From Pirellulales bacterium (lineage in GTDB: Bacteria > Planctomycetota > Planctomycetia > Pirellulales > UBA1268): a stretch of DNA of 64,000 bases. Below, one piece after another: positions 1-10,108 of this stretch. The translations under genes were made by a program, and so were the position numbers. Numbering within the stretch: position 1 is the first letter of the stretch; each line of letters opens with the position of its first letter. The notes beneath the pieces are model-generated. The model saw only the letters and a list, made by a program, of their open reading frames with translations. It did no database searches and was not told the origin of the DNA. The stretch spans positions 13,616 through 77,615 of the forward strand of contig JADHNY010000002.1 in assembly GCA_016779265.1 (NCBI GenBank), read 5' to 3'.

Positions 1-828
1 ACCGTCTGCTCGCTTGAGGCGGCCTTGCCGACCATCCTTGAGGACTACGCCGCTGGACACTGCGACGCGATCGATCTCTGGATGGGGCATGCGGAGGCGG
101 CGTTGGAGGGCCGTGATGCCTCCGAGCTCCGTGACCTGATCACGTCGTTCGGTATCACTCCGGTCGCTGCAAGTTTTCAAGGGGGGCTCCTCACCAGCCA
201 GGGTGAGGCCAGACAGGAACACTGGAACCTATTTGAGAAGCGGCTTCCGCTGCTGCACGCCTTGGGGATCCCGGTGCTCGTGCTTGCGGGCGATGCCTTC
301 GGGCCGCTCACGCCCCAAGACCTCTCGCGGCTCTCGATGAGTCTGTCCGAGGCAGGCAAAAGAGCCGCAGATGCTGGCGTGAAACTTGCCCTCGAGTTCG
401 ACGCACGGGCGAGTTTTCCCAACAATCTGCAGTCGGCTGTCGCCCTTGTGGACGATGTGGGGCACCCCGCAGTTGGTCTCTGCCTCGACTGGTTCCACTA
501 CACCGTGGGCCCCAGCAAGGCGAACGATCTGTGGCTTCTCTCCAACGAGAACCTGTTTCACGTGCAGCTCTCCGACATCGCAGATGTGCCGCGAGAAATG
601 GCTACCGATGCAGATCGGATCCTGCCCGGAGAAGGCTCTTCGCCTCCCGACCCACTGCTTACTCGCCTGCGTGAGATGAACTACAGCGGCAGCCTGGCAG
701 TCGAGACCCACAACCCGCTGCTCTGGAGCGTTCCGCCGCGGCAGTTCGGCGAAATTGCGATGACGGCAGTTCGTCGTCTGCTCGGCGAGGCGAGCATGGG
801 AGATGCAGGGCAGGGCAGCCGTCCCTAG
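1..828 (+). CDS. sugar phosphate isomerase/epimerase (xylose-isomerase-like TIM barrel); N-terminus probably outside window
   Basis: The track ORF is 25..828 (TTG start), but the frame has no stop back to nt 1, so the gene likely begins upstream of the window. The spaced acidic/His residues in LALEFD, CLDWFH and AVETHN resemble the metal-ligand pattern of this fold. Confidence 0.6.
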   Translation, partial: TVCSLEAALPTILEDYAAGHCDAIDLWMGHAEAALEGRDASELRDLITSFGITPVAASFQGGLLTSQGEARQEHWNLFEKRLPLLHALGIPVLVLAGDAFGPLTPQDLSRLSMSLSEAGKRAADAGVKLALEFDARASFPNNLQSAVALVDDVGHPAVGLCLDWFHYTVGPSKANDLWLLSNENLFHVQLSDIADVPREMATDADRILPGEGSSPPDPLLTRLREMNYSGSLAVETHNPLLWSVPPRQFGEIAMTAVRRLLGEASMGDAGQGSRP

Positions 829-870
829 TGGTGCGGCAGTGCGGCCAACGTGAACGGCGACATGGCGGAG

Positions 871-1542
871 TCAACTGGCCCGCCGTGCTGCATGACCGGC
901 CGCACGCGGGTCGCTGTATTCGTTCATTTCCTGCGCCTCAGCTTCCACGTCATCGATTTCGCGAAGCCGGCCCTCATGCCCTCGGGGCACCAGACTGTAG
1001 TGGCGAGCCCGGGTGAGCATGTCGATCACCTCCACACACGACTTCTCGCGGGTCACCCAGAGGGATGCGTCAAGGCGGCGAAGATCGACAGAGGCCGAGT
1101 AGGTTCGCAGCATTTTCTGACGACCCTTGGCGTACTCGGGAAAATACGACATCGCCAAGGCGTACAGGCTGCGGTAGATCGGATCCCGCCACCGCAGGTA
1201 CGGACCGTTGCTCTTCGAAATCGCTCCCCAGGTACGCCCTCGCCGAAAGAGGGCAATCACATGGTCGTCGTCACCGGCCGCGGCTCCCATGTCCATCAAC
1301 AGGGGGGGGCGGCGAGCCATCGTGAGGGCACAGGCAGCGACCATCGCTCCTTCGATACAGTGCGCCCGCTTTCGCGTCAGCACACCCTGGACTGAGAGAG
1401 CCGTCCAGCCATCCTTCTCAAAGTTCATCGGAATCGCGTTCACGAAGTCCTGAACGTCTTCCGGATGCTGTAACCGCGCAAGCTGCTCTGCATGCTCTTC
1501 TGAGAGACCAAGTTTGATGCCTCGAGCGACCCGCGGCTTCAT
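871..1542 (-). CDS. conserved hypothetical protein, possibly papain/transglutaminase-like (Cys...His core)
   Basis: A 223-aa ORF with protein-like composition. KRAHCIEGAMVAACAL followed by DDDHVIALF is reminiscent of a Cys-His catalytic pair. This is not a firm family call. Confidence 0.45.
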   Translation of the reverse strand: MKPRVARGIKLGLSEEHAEQLARLQHPEDVQDFVNAIPMNFEKDGWTALSVQGVLTRKRAHCIEGAMVAACALTMARRPPLLMDMGAAAGDDDHVIALFRRGRTWGAISKSNGPYLRWRDPIYRSLYALAMSYFPEYAKGRQKMLRTYSASVDLRRLDASLWVTREKSCVEVIDMLTRARHYSLVPRGHEGRLREIDDVEAEAQEMNEYSDPRAAGHAARRAS

Positions 1543-1703
1543 CTCACCTGTGACTGCTAGGCGGACAGAACGCCCGCGACTCCTGCAGAACCAATGAAAA
1601 GCCTACGTGGCAGACCGATTTGACTCAACCGGCTCTCCACGCTGACAGGCTGCGTGTATCCTGAACTATCTAAACGAAGCACCGTCTCTTCCGTCTCCAC
1701 TCG

Positions 1704-3080
1704 ATGGCTCTCCGCATGTCGACCTCCTCTTCTGTTGTGCAAACGATCGACCTCGCCACTGCTGACGGACGCCCGAGGCTCCAGAGACTCGTCGCCAGCC
1801 TTTCATCGCAGGGGGATGTTGTCAGCCCAGCAGCAGCCCAGCGGACACAAGAGATCTTTGGCGAGCCCCTGACGCCCAAGCAGGTCGTGGCGAAAATCTG
1901 TGCCGATGTGAAGGCGCACGGCCGAGAAGCCGTTTTGGACTACACCACGCGGATCGACCGGGCTGACGTCACGAGCGACACCCTGTTCGTTTCACCCGAC
2001 GCGTTTCGACACGCACACGCGAGCGTGGAGCCCGCGTTTCTCGACACCGTCCGTCGTGTGCGGGCGCGTGTCGAACGGTTTCAGCAAGCGGTGCTTCCCA
2101 ACGACGCTGAAGTCTCCCTGCCTGGTGGCGGTTCGCTGCGGCAGCGGTATCTGCCACTCGATCGGGCCGGCATCTGCATTCCGGGTGGTGCTGCTGCCTA
2201 TCCATCGTCGCTGTTGATGACCGCCGTTCCGGCGCAAGTTGCTGGCGTAAGGGAGATTGTGGTCGTCGCTCCACCAACACCATTCGGTAGTGATAATCCT
2301 CACCTGCTCGCCACCTGTCACGAACTCGGCCTGACAACGGTGATGCGAGCGGGAGGCGCTCAGGCTGTTGCAGCGATGGCCTATGGCATCGAAGGGCTGC
2401 CACGTGTCGACACCATCGTGGGCCCAGGCAACCTGTTTGTGGCTCTTGCCAAACAGCATGTGTTTGGTGAGGTCTCGATCGACTCCATCGCAGGCCCCAG
2501 CGAGATCGTGGTTGTGGCGGATGCCTGCGGCAGCCCCGAGTTCATCGCGGCCGACATGCTGGCTCAGGCAGAGCACTCTCCAGGATCGGCCCTTCTCTTG
2601 ACCAGCTGCAAAGACCTAGCAGCAGCGGTCAGCGAAAGTCTTGAGCAACGACTTGCCGTCTTGGAGCGCGGTCAGCTGACTCGAGAGAGCCTGGAGCGGT
2701 TCTCAGCAATCGTGATTACCAGCAGCGACACCGAGAGTCAGCAGCTTGCTGACGAACTGGCAACAGAACACCTCTCGATCGACACGGCTGATCCCGAGGC
2801 AACCCTCTCAGGTATTCGGCATGCCGGTGCCGTCTTCCTCGGACCGTACAGCCCGGTCGCAGCGGGTGACTACGCTGCCGGCCCGTCCCATGTGCTGCCC
2901 ACAGCCGCCACGGCTCGGTTTGCGGCAGGCCTCGCCGCGACGCACTTCCTCCGTTCCGGCAGCGTGATTCGCCTCACCAAAACCGATCTGGAGGAGATTG
3001 CCGACGACATTCGGCTGCTGGCCGACACCGAAGGACTGACCGCCCATCGACGCAGCGTTGATGCCCGCTTTGACGGGTAG
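1704..3080 (+). CDS. hisD: histidinol dehydrogenase
   Basis: 458 aa. Motifs: IAGPSEIVVVAD, AQAEHSP, PSHVLPT. Followed by hisC and hisB. Confidence 0.95.
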   Translation: MALRMSTSSSVVQTIDLATADGRPRLQRLVASLSSQGDVVSPAAAQRTQEIFGEPLTPKQVVAKICADVKAHGREAVLDYTTRIDRADVTSDTLFVSPDAFRHAHASVEPAFLDTVRRVRARVERFQQAVLPNDAEVSLPGGGSLRQRYLPLDRAGICIPGGAAAYPSSLLMTAVPAQVAGVREIVVVAPPTPFGSDNPHLLATCHELGLTTVMRAGGAQAVAAMAYGIEGLPRVDTIVGPGNLFVALAKQHVFGEVSIDSIAGPSEIVVVADACGSPEFIAADMLAQAEHSPGSALLLTSCKDLAAAVSESLEQRLAVLERGQLTRESLERFSAIVITSSDTESQQLADELATEHLSIDTADPEATLSGIRHAGAVFLGPYSPVAAGDYAAGPSHVLPTAATARFAAGLAATHFLRSGSVIRLTKTDLEEIADDIRLLADTEGLTAHRRSVDARFDG

Positions 3081-3188
3081 AACAGGCTGCAAACCCCACC
3101 GCCAGCGTTCCTGCAGGGTGGGGTCCGGAACGTGAGGTAAACTTTGTTCGTCAAGTCCCTCTCGGCCCACCTGTGGTGAAACGACTGT

Positions 3189-4307
3189 ATGGCCCCTGCA
3201 AGCTCAGCAGACTCTCCGGCAGACTCAGACAACGCCTTTTCCGGCGGAACGCCTCCGGTCCGTCCGGATATCGCTGCCCTCGCCCCTTATATCCCGGGCG
3301 AACAGCCGCAGGGTGGGGAATGGATAAAACTCAATACCAATGAGAATCCATATCCACCATCACCCACGGTTGCTGAGGCAATCCGCGAAGCGGCCACTGG
3401 ACGACGACTGGCGAAGTATCCAGATCCCCTCGCGACAAGCTTTCGGGTCAAAATGGCCGAACTGCTGGGGGTTGAGCCTGACTGGATCCTCTGCGGCAAC
3501 GGCTCCGACGATATCCTCACGATCCTGGTCCGCAGTTTCGTGGGGCAGGGCGAGTCGCTGCGGATGCCCTACCCGAGTTACATCCTCTACCGCACGCTGG
3601 CAGGAATTCAGGGTGCCCGCTGTCACGAGGTGAGCTTCGAGACCGACTGGTCCCTGAGCCCCGCCTTTGCCGCCTCTCGAGACGGACTGCGGCTGGCGGT
3701 CATTCCCAATCCCAACAGCCCTTCAGGCACGGTTCTTCGCAAAGAATGGCTGCTCGAAGTGGCCGAGCAGCTGCCCTGCCCACTTGTGATCGACGAGGCG
3801 TATGCCGACTTTGCCGAGACCGACTGCGTTGATCTGGTGCGTGCGTGCGAGAAGGTGATTGTGACCCGTTCGCTGAGCAAGTCGTACGGACTCGCCGGCC
3901 TACGGTTTGGCTTCGCAGTTGCCCGCCCAGAAGTGATCACACAGCTCACGAAAGTCAAAGATTCCTACAACTGTGACACGCTCTCGATCGCAGCGGCGAC
4001 AGCAGCGGTGACCGACACGGGCTGGCTCACCGAAACCCGTGACAAAATCTTGGCCACCCGGAAGCGGCTCGAAGCCGCCCTGACCAACCTCGGATTTTTA
4101 GCCCAGCCCAGCCAGGCCAACTTCGTCTGGTGCACGCATCCCCAGAAGAGCCACAAGGCGATCTACGAAGCTCTGAAGGCTGAGGGCATTCTTGTCCGCT
4201 GGATGAACTTCCCGAGCTGGGGCGATGGCCTTCGGATCACCGTCGGCACCGACGAAGAGATCGACGCTTTCTTGGCGGCAGTCGCTGCGATCCTGCAAAG
4301 GCTCTGA
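3189..4307 (+). CDS. hisC: histidinol-phosphate aminotransferase
   Basis: 372 aa. KLNTNENPYPPSP N-terminal motif and the PLP-lysine motif SLSKSYGLAGLRFG. Lies in his-cluster context. Confidence 0.9.
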   Translation: MAPASSADSPADSDNAFSGGTPPVRPDIAALAPYIPGEQPQGGEWIKLNTNENPYPPSPTVAEAIREAATGRRLAKYPDPLATSFRVKMAELLGVEPDWILCGNGSDDILTILVRSFVGQGESLRMPYPSYILYRTLAGIQGARCHEVSFETDWSLSPAFAASRDGLRLAVIPNPNSPSGTVLRKEWLLEVAEQLPCPLVIDEAYADFAETDCVDLVRACEKVIVTRSLSKSYGLAGLRFGFAVARPEVITQLTKVKDSYNCDTLSIAAATAAVTDTGWLTETRDKILATRKRLEAALTNLGFLAQPSQANFVWCTHPQKSHKAIYEALKAEGILVRWMNFPSWGDGLRITVGTDEEIDAFLAAVAAILQRL

Positions 4308-4391
4308 GCGTGGCCCCAGTTAGACACCAGTCACACGTTCACCCGAAGCACGTTCACCACACACATGATCTTCTGACACGAGGAGATTCTT

Positions 4392-4985
4392 ATGCCCCGC
4401 ACGGCCAAGGTTTCACGCATCACCTCCGAAACCAGCATTGAACTCACGCTCAACCTCGATGGCACGGGTGCCGCCGACATTGCCACCGGGCTTGGCTTTT
4501 TCGACCACATGCTGACCCTGCTCGTCGGCCACTCGCTGATTGATCTGACGGTACGATGCACCGGCGACCTACATGTCGACGGTCACCATACAGTCGAAGA
4601 CGTCGGACGGGCCCTTGGACAGGGCTTCCGCGAAGCTCTCGGTGATCGCCGCGGCATCCGACGCTACGGCCACACCATCCTGCCGATGGATGAGACGCTC
4701 GTCACAGCCGCCGTTGACCTCGGTGGGCGGAGTGCCTGCGTGCTCGATGCCACCTACCCTGTTGCCACCATCGGCAGCTTTGACACTCAACTTGTTGAGG
4801 TGTTCTGGGAGGGCTTCGCAGCTACGGCCGCCGCCAACGTGCACGCCATCCTGCACCACGGACACAACGCCCACCACATCGCGGAAGCGATCTTCAAGGG
4901 AGTCGCCCGCTCGATCCGCATGGCACTCGAGGATGACCCTCGACAACAGGGCATCCCAAGCACCAAGGGATCACTGACGGTCTAG
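4392..4985 (+). CDS. hisB: imidazoleglycerol-phosphate dehydratase
   Basis: 197 aa. Motifs: RITSETSIEL, VDGHHTVEDVG, HHIAEAIFKG. Confidence 0.95.
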   Translation: MPRTAKVSRITSETSIELTLNLDGTGAADIATGLGFFDHMLTLLVGHSLIDLTVRCTGDLHVDGHHTVEDVGRALGQGFREALGDRRGIRRYGHTILPMDETLVTAAVDLGGRSACVLDATYPVATIGSFDTQLVEVFWEGFAATAAANVHAILHHGHNAHHIAEAIFKGVARSIRMALEDDPRQQGIPSTKGSLTV

Positions 4986-4988
4986 CTT

Positions 4989-5011
4989 TCGGCAGCCCCA
5001 CCTCCTGCCGA
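4989..5011. terminator. weak hairpin between convergent hisB and pfp
   Basis: TCGGCAG-(9 nt)-CTGCCGA, a 7-bp stem in the 44-bp convergent spacer. No clear U-tract on either strand. Confidence 0.25.
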
Positions 5012-5029
5012 GCCCACAACCTTTTCGGC

Positions 5030-6343
5030 TCACTCGTTGACGTAGGTCTCGAGGAAGCGGGCGAGTTTGTGGAAGTCGCAGCCTTGCTCGACGTACCGCA
5101 CGACCGTGACCAGGGTGGCCGGATCGACGAGTTCCTCGAACGGCACATAGTTCAGGTCGAGCTGCCCGGAAACGCTGACCATCACACCGTTGAGACCACG
5201 CTCCGCGAGTGCCCGGTAGGCACCCACACCGAGCTGACTGCCGAGCATGATGTCGAACGCATGTGGCTTGGCACAGCGTGCCTCGTAGCCAAGCTGCAGA
5301 CCGACCACCTTGCGGGAGTTGCCCGTCTGGCGGGTGTATTCATCAGAAACCAGCTTGGAGAACATCCGGCTGAGCTGAATGTGGGAGATTGAGATGTGCC
5401 CGTGATCATCACGAGGAATGCCCTCAAGCTGGCTCTGCGGCAGATACTCCGCGAGGCCCTCGGCCAGCACAATCACGCCGAACGGCTTGTTCTCTTTCTC
5501 CTCACGGACACGCATCGTCTTCACGATTCGACCGACCACCTCCTGCACGTTCATCACCGGCTTCACCCGGGTCTGCCCTGAGGGATCCGTGATCGTTTCT
5601 TCGGAGCGATACCGACCGTTGATGTCTTCAACGCTGATCACCAGGCTCGCTTCGCCCGAGATGGCCGCACCATACGCCAGCCATCCGGCACTGCGGCCCA
5701 TCGACTCGCAGAGGAAATAGGCCCGAGCTGCCTCGGCGTCGTAGATCAGGTTCCGCAGCTCTGTCGCCAGCGTGTCGACCGCTGTGAAGTAGCCGAACGT
5801 GAAGTCGATGCCCATGTAGTCATTGTCGATCGTCTTCGGCAGGTGAACGACCGGGATCCGTGGGCTGCCAGCCGGCAGCCGGTCCTGAAACATCTTGAAC
5901 TTGTTGGCAGTCTTGAGGGTGTCATCTCCACCGATCGAGATCAGAGCCTCGACGCCGAGCGATCGCAGCCCTTCATAGACGTTCTTCAGCGGCGCAGAGC
6001 GGTCGGCATCATCGAGATGCTCGGGGCTGGAGACGAGCTTGCCTGGGTTTGCCCGGGCGGTCCCGATCAGGATGCCTTGGGCCGACCGTGACCGCTTCAT
6101 GTACTCAGGTGTCAGATGCACCCAGTCGCGGCCTTCCTCGAGCGGCTTTTCTGGCGAATAGTCGATCAGTGACGAGTAGCCGTGCTTCATACCGAGGACT
6201 TCGGCGCCACTCTTGAGGAATGAGATGGCGGCTGTCGAGATAACCGCGTTTGCGCCAGGTGCGGGACCGCCGGCAAACAAGATCGCGACGCGGCGAAACT
6301 GGTGAGTGGCCTTCGCAGGTGCAGCAAGGGTCTCTTTCGTCAT
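5030..6343 (-). CDS. pfp: pyrophosphate-dependent 6-phosphofructokinase (PFK family)
   Basis: 437 aa. FAGGPAPGANAV, SIGGDDT and PKTIDND. Asp in GGDD and Lys in PKTIDND are the residues classically associated with PPi-dependent rather than ATP-dependent PFKs. Confidence 0.85.
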   Translation of the reverse strand: MTKETLAAPAKATHQFRRVAILFAGGPAPGANAVISTAAISFLKSGAEVLGMKHGYSSLIDYSPEKPLEEGRDWVHLTPEYMKRSRSAQGILIGTARANPGKLVSSPEHLDDADRSAPLKNVYEGLRSLGVEALISIGGDDTLKTANKFKMFQDRLPAGSPRIPVVHLPKTIDNDYMGIDFTFGYFTAVDTLATELRNLIYDAEAARAYFLCESMGRSAGWLAYGAAISGEASLVISVEDINGRYRSEETITDPSGQTRVKPVMNVQEVVGRIVKTMRVREEKENKPFGVIVLAEGLAEYLPQSQLEGIPRDDHGHISISHIQLSRMFSKLVSDEYTRQTGNSRKVVGLQLGYEARCAKPHAFDIMLGSQLGVGAYRALAERGLNGVMVSVSGQLDLNYVPFEELVDPATLVTVVRYVEQGCDFHKLARFLETYVNE

Positions 6344-6470
6344 GGAATACTCGCTTTGCGGGAGTGGTGGGGGAGGGTGGATTCAGGGTTAAAAGGCGGG
6401 ATGCACAGGGCAGGGGCAGATCGCAGAGCCGGCGGCTCCATCTCTGCCTGACGACGCATGTGTCGAGGAC

Positions 6471-7814
6471 TCACCCGAGCAGGGTGCGTTCCACAAATGT
6501 CGTGTCGATCTTGGAATCGTGGAAGGCTGAGTGCGAGAGGATCTCGAGATGGATAGGGACGGTCGTCGCGACGCCCTCCACCCGCAGTTCCTTCAGCGCC
6601 CGCTGCATCGTTTCGATGGCTTCGCGACGGGTGGGCTGATGCACAATCAGTTTGCCGATCAGAGAATCGTAATGCGGAGGCACGGTGTAGCCGGCCGAGA
6701 CATGCGAGTCGAATCGGACGCCAAACCCTCCCGGCACAATCATCTTCTCGATCCGGCCGGGGCATGGGCGGAATCCATGAGCAGGATCCTCCGCATTGAT
6801 CCGGCACTCGATGACATGCCCGCGGGGCACAATGTCGTCCTGCGTGAAGCTAAGAGGCTCCCCGGCAGCCACACGAATCTGAGCCTTAATCAGGTCCACA
6901 CCGGTGATCATTTCGGTCACGGGATGTTCGACCTGAATCCGCGAGTTGACTTCGATGAAGAAGAAGTTGCCGTCGGGGTCAACGATGAACTCAACGGTTC
7001 CGGTAGAGTGGTAGCCCGCGGTCTTGGCCAGCCGAACGGCCGCCTCACACATCGCCTGCCGCGTCTCCGGTGAGAGCTGCGGAGAGGGGCTCTCCTCGAT
7101 CAGCTTCTGATGCCGCCGCTGAGTGGTGCAGTCGCGTTCCCAGAGGTGCACCACGTTGCCATGCATGTCACCGATGATCTGCACTTCGACGTGACGCGGC
7201 CTCTCGACATACCGCTCGAGGTAGATCCCAGGGTTGCCGAAAGCCGCCTGGGCTTCAGCCGCAGCCTGCTGGAAGGCCGACTGCAAGGTGAGATCGTTGG
7301 AGGCCACCCGCATACCCTTGCCGCCGCCACCCGCAGTTGCCTTCAACAGCACGGGGTAGCCGATCCGCCGGGCCGTCTCGAGGGCCTCCTGCTCACTCGA
7401 GAGCAGGCCGTCACTTCCCGGCACACACGGCACCTTCGCTTCGAGCGCCAAGGCGCGGGCGGAGTTCTTGTCACCGAGTTGGGCCATCGCCTCAGGCGTG
7501 GGCCCGATGAAGCCGATGTCGCATGACCGGCAGACTTCTGCGAAATGGGCATTCTCCGAGAGAAAGCCATACCCCGGATGAATCGCCTGCACGTTGCCGA
7601 TTTCAGCTGCGCTGATCACGCGATCGATCCGCAGGTAGCTGTCAGCCGCTCGGGCTGGTCCCACGCAGATCGCTTCGTCTGCGAGTTCGAGATAACTCGC
7701 ATCACGATCCGCTTCTGAGCAGATCGCAACCGACTCCACACCGAGTTCACGACATGCGCGAATCACACGCAGAGCGATCTCACCTCGGTTCGCTACCAGG
7801 ATGCGTTTGAACAT
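6471..7814 (-). CDS. accC: acetyl-CoA carboxylase biotin carboxylase subunit
   Basis: 447 aa. Motifs: [36 protein letters not shown]. Lies directly downstream of accB. Confidence 0.95.
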   Translation of the reverse strand: MFKRILVANRGEIALRVIRACRELGVESVAICSEADRDASYLELADEAICVGPARAADSYLRIDRVISAAEIGNVQAIHPGYGFLSENAHFAEVCRSCDIGFIGPTPEAMAQLGDKNSARALALEAKVPCVPGSDGLLSSEQEALETARRIGYPVLLKATAGGGGKGMRVASNDLTLQSAFQQAAAEAQAAFGNPGIYLERYVERPRHVEVQIIGDMHGNVVHLWERDCTTQRRHQKLIEESPSPQLSPETRQAMCEAAVRLAKTAGYHSTGTVEFIVDPDGNFFFIEVNSRIQVEHPVTEMITGVDLIKAQIRVAAGEPLSFTQDDIVPRGHVIECRINAEDPAHGFRPCPGRIEKMIVPGGFGVRFDSHVSAGYTVPPHYDSLIGKLIVHQPTRREAIETMQRALKELRVEGVATTVPIHLEILSHSAFHDSKIDTTFVERTLLG

Positions 7815-7874
7815 GTCCGCCGGAACCCAAACCGCCAGAGGAAAAAAACGACGCAGGCGTGATCACCGGGGGGC

Positions 7875-8366
7875 CTAGGCCTCGGGATCGACCTTTACGA
7901 GCGGCTGGCCAAACTCGATTGGAGCGCCATTCTCCACGAGCACAGCCACCACCTGTCCCGAAACACCGGCAGGAATCTCATTGAAGACCTTCATTGCCTC
8001 AATGATGCAGACCGTCGACTCGGGGCCGATCCGGTCGCCCACCTTCACAAACGGAGCGGCCTCAGGGCTGCTCGCTCGGTAAAAGGTGCCCACCATGGGA
8101 CTTGTGATCACCGCATGCTTGCTGTCATCAGCCTTCTGCTCCGGCTGAGCGGCAGCAGGCTCTGCGAGACGGGGTGCTGGCGCAGCCGCCACACGAGGCA
8201 GATCGTCAGCCCCTCTCTTGAGGCGAACCTGTTGATCCGCTTGCTTCAGGTCGATCTCGGAGAGATCGTGCTTCTTCATCAGTTCGATCAAGCGACGAAT
8301 CTGCTTGATATCGAACACGTCTCCCGAACTTTCTGCGGCCATGGATTCTCGTGTGGTGATGGACAC
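7875..8366 (-). CDS. accB: biotin carboxyl carrier protein
   Basis: 163 aa. Ala/Pro-rich linker and the C-terminal biotinyl domain motif IIEAMKVFNEI. Confidence 0.9.
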   Translation of the reverse strand: MSITTRESMAAESSGDVFDIKQIRRLIELMKKHDLSEIDLKQADQQVRLKRGADDLPRVAAAPAPRLAEPAAAQPEQKADDSKHAVITSPMVGTFYRASSPEAAPFVKVGDRIGPESTVCIIEAMKVFNEIPAGVSGQVVAVLVENGAPIEFGQPLVKVDPEA

Positions 8367-8493
8367 CTGACGGGTGAACGGGCATTGCCCAGCACAGGGG
8401 CACGCCGAAATCCGTGCAGCGGCGAGACAACCCCTGCGCAGATTTCCCCGCTAGGGTACGACAGCCCGCCTCACCGGTACAATCTCGGCTGTT

Positions 8494-9456
8494 ATGGCCG
8501 AACAAAACCACCTTTTTCCACCAAACCGCCCTCTTCCGACCCTGCGACCGCCCGAACTCGCGTTTCATCGCCGTCCTGGCGACGTCGACAAGTTCGCCTG
8601 CGGCCGGGTCGTTGTCGTGGGCGGAGCTCTCGGCATGGCCGGGGCGCCTGCACTGTCGTCGATGGCAGCGCTCCGCAGCGGAGCCGGCCTTGTGGAGCTC
8701 CATGTTCCCGAGCCGGTCGTCACGATCGCCGCCTCGTTTCACCCCTGCGTGATGACCCGCGGCCATGCGGCAAGCGAAGAGGGCAGCTTCGCCCGCTCAG
8801 CGTTCGCCGCGTTGACCGCCCGGGCAGAACGGGCCGATGCGTTCGCGTGCGGCCCCGGACTCGGCCGCACTCCAGAGGTTGTGGAGCTGGTGCAGCTCCT
8901 TTGGCGAGAGTGTCCCGCTCCAGCGGTGTTCGATGCAGACAGTCTCTGGGCCCTCGCCACGCTCGAGCGGAACGAACTTGCAACGCATGCTGGCCCGCGA
9001 CTGCTTACGCCCCACAGCGGCGAACTCCAGCGATTCCTTCGCAGTCAAGCCAAGACCGCCCATACGCCCCCCCGACCGAGGCCCGAGCTCGAAGCCGCGG
9101 CCGTCAGCCTCGCTGCCGAGATCGACGCGGTCGTGGTTCTGAAGGGGCCGCGTTCCCTGGTGACCGACGGCCACCGCTGCTGGCACAACACGTCAGGCAA
9201 TCCCGGCATGGCCACTGCCGGCAGTGGAGATGTCCTGACAGGAGTTGCCGCGGCCCTCTGCGGACATGGCCTGGAGACGTTTCCCGCAGCTCAGCTCGGC
9301 GTCTGGGTGCATGGGCTCGCTGGTGACCTCGCTGCAAAACAGGTCGGCCAGACCTCACTGATCGCTACCGACATCATCGAACACCTGCCGGCAGCCTTTC
9401 TCACGCTCGAGCAGATGGCGGACGACGACCACTCGCCAGCTGGGCCATCCGGCTGA
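8494..9456 (+). CDS. nnrD: ADP-dependent NAD(P)H-hydrate dehydratase
   Basis: 320 aa. Carbohydrate-kinase-like fold with GGALGMAGAP and MATAGSGDVLTG. The 3' end overlaps the 3' end of convergent pdeM by 56 nt. Confidence 0.8.
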   Translation: MAEQNHLFPPNRPLPTLRPPELAFHRRPGDVDKFACGRVVVVGGALGMAGAPALSSMAALRSGAGLVELHVPEPVVTIAASFHPCVMTRGHAASEEGSFARSAFAALTARAERADAFACGPGLGRTPEVVELVQLLWRECPAPAVFDADSLWALATLERNELATHAGPRLLTPHSGELQRFLRSQAKTAHTPPRPRPELEAAAVSLAAEIDAVVVLKGPRSLVTDGHRCWHNTSGNPGMATAGSGDVLTGVAAALCGHGLETFPAAQLGVWVHGLAGDLAAKQVGQTSLIATDIIEHLPAAFLTLEQMADDDHSPAGPSG

Positions 9457-10108
9457 CATCCACCACCGCCTCATCGCCCGCCACCCAGACCCGGGTCATG
9501 GCCGTGACGGTGACCGTGCTTGAACCGGTAAACGAGCCAAAGGCAGGCAGCACCCACACCCCAGGCTCTTCGACAAAACACCGCTGCGAAAGACGGTCGC
9601 CGCTCGGGGAGCGGATCGAGATCCGCGGATGCAGGTGCCCACAGCAGACGAGTCGCCCTGCTTCAGCCGCCACCGGGGGCTCATGCAGAAAAACCCAGGG
9701 TGGTTCCTCGAGTCTGGGCAGCACCTGATCGATCCCCACGTCGTCTGGGATCTGAATGCGTCGGTCGTGATTACCTTCGACAAGCACCACCCGCACGCCC
9801 GCATGCCTCCGACGGAAACGGGCAAACTCGTCGAGAACGGCAGGCGTGCAGCCGCTGGCGGCATGAAAGAGATCTCCAAGAATCAGCAGCCTCGCTGCCC
9901 CCGTCTGGGTCAGGAGTCTCTCGAGTCGCTGCAGATCGCCTCCCGACGAGCCCTCCGGCACAGGGAGCCCGGCATGACGAAACGAGGCCGCCTTCCCCAG
10001 ATGCAGGTCGGCCACCAACAGGGTGCGAGATGTGGGCAGCCAGGCTCCGCGTCCCGGCAGCAGTTCAAATCCTGGCGGCGTGGCTACGCCTCTCGGCTCG
10101 ACCCGCAT
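9401..10108 (-). CDS. pdeM: ligase-associated DNA damage response phosphoesterase PdeM
   Basis: 235 aa. Calcineurin-like motifs LVADLHLGK, ILGDLFH, VEGNHD. Last gene of the exonuclease-ligase-helicase-PdeM string, and its start overlaps the helicase by 25 nt. Confidence 0.8.
   Translation of the reverse strand: MRVEPRGVATPPGFELLPGRGAWLPTSRTLLVADLHLGKAASFRHAGLPVPEGSSGGDLQRLERLLTQTGAARLLILGDLFHAASGCTPAVLDEFARFRRRHAGVRVVLVEGNHDRRIQIPDDVGIDQVLPRLEEPPWVFLHEPPVAAEAGRLVCCGHLHPRISIRSPSGDRLSQRCFVEEPGVWVLPAFGSFTGSSTVTVTAMTRVWVAGDEAVVDVSRMAQLASGRRPPSARA

Noticed and set aside
8115-9326. A 403-aa + strand ORF, extremely Arg/Pro/Ser-rich, spanning accB (antisense) and nnrD (out of frame).
   Set aside because: Its composition is typical of a GC-rich shadow frame. 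It overlaps two genes with clear family motifs and has no recognisable domain.
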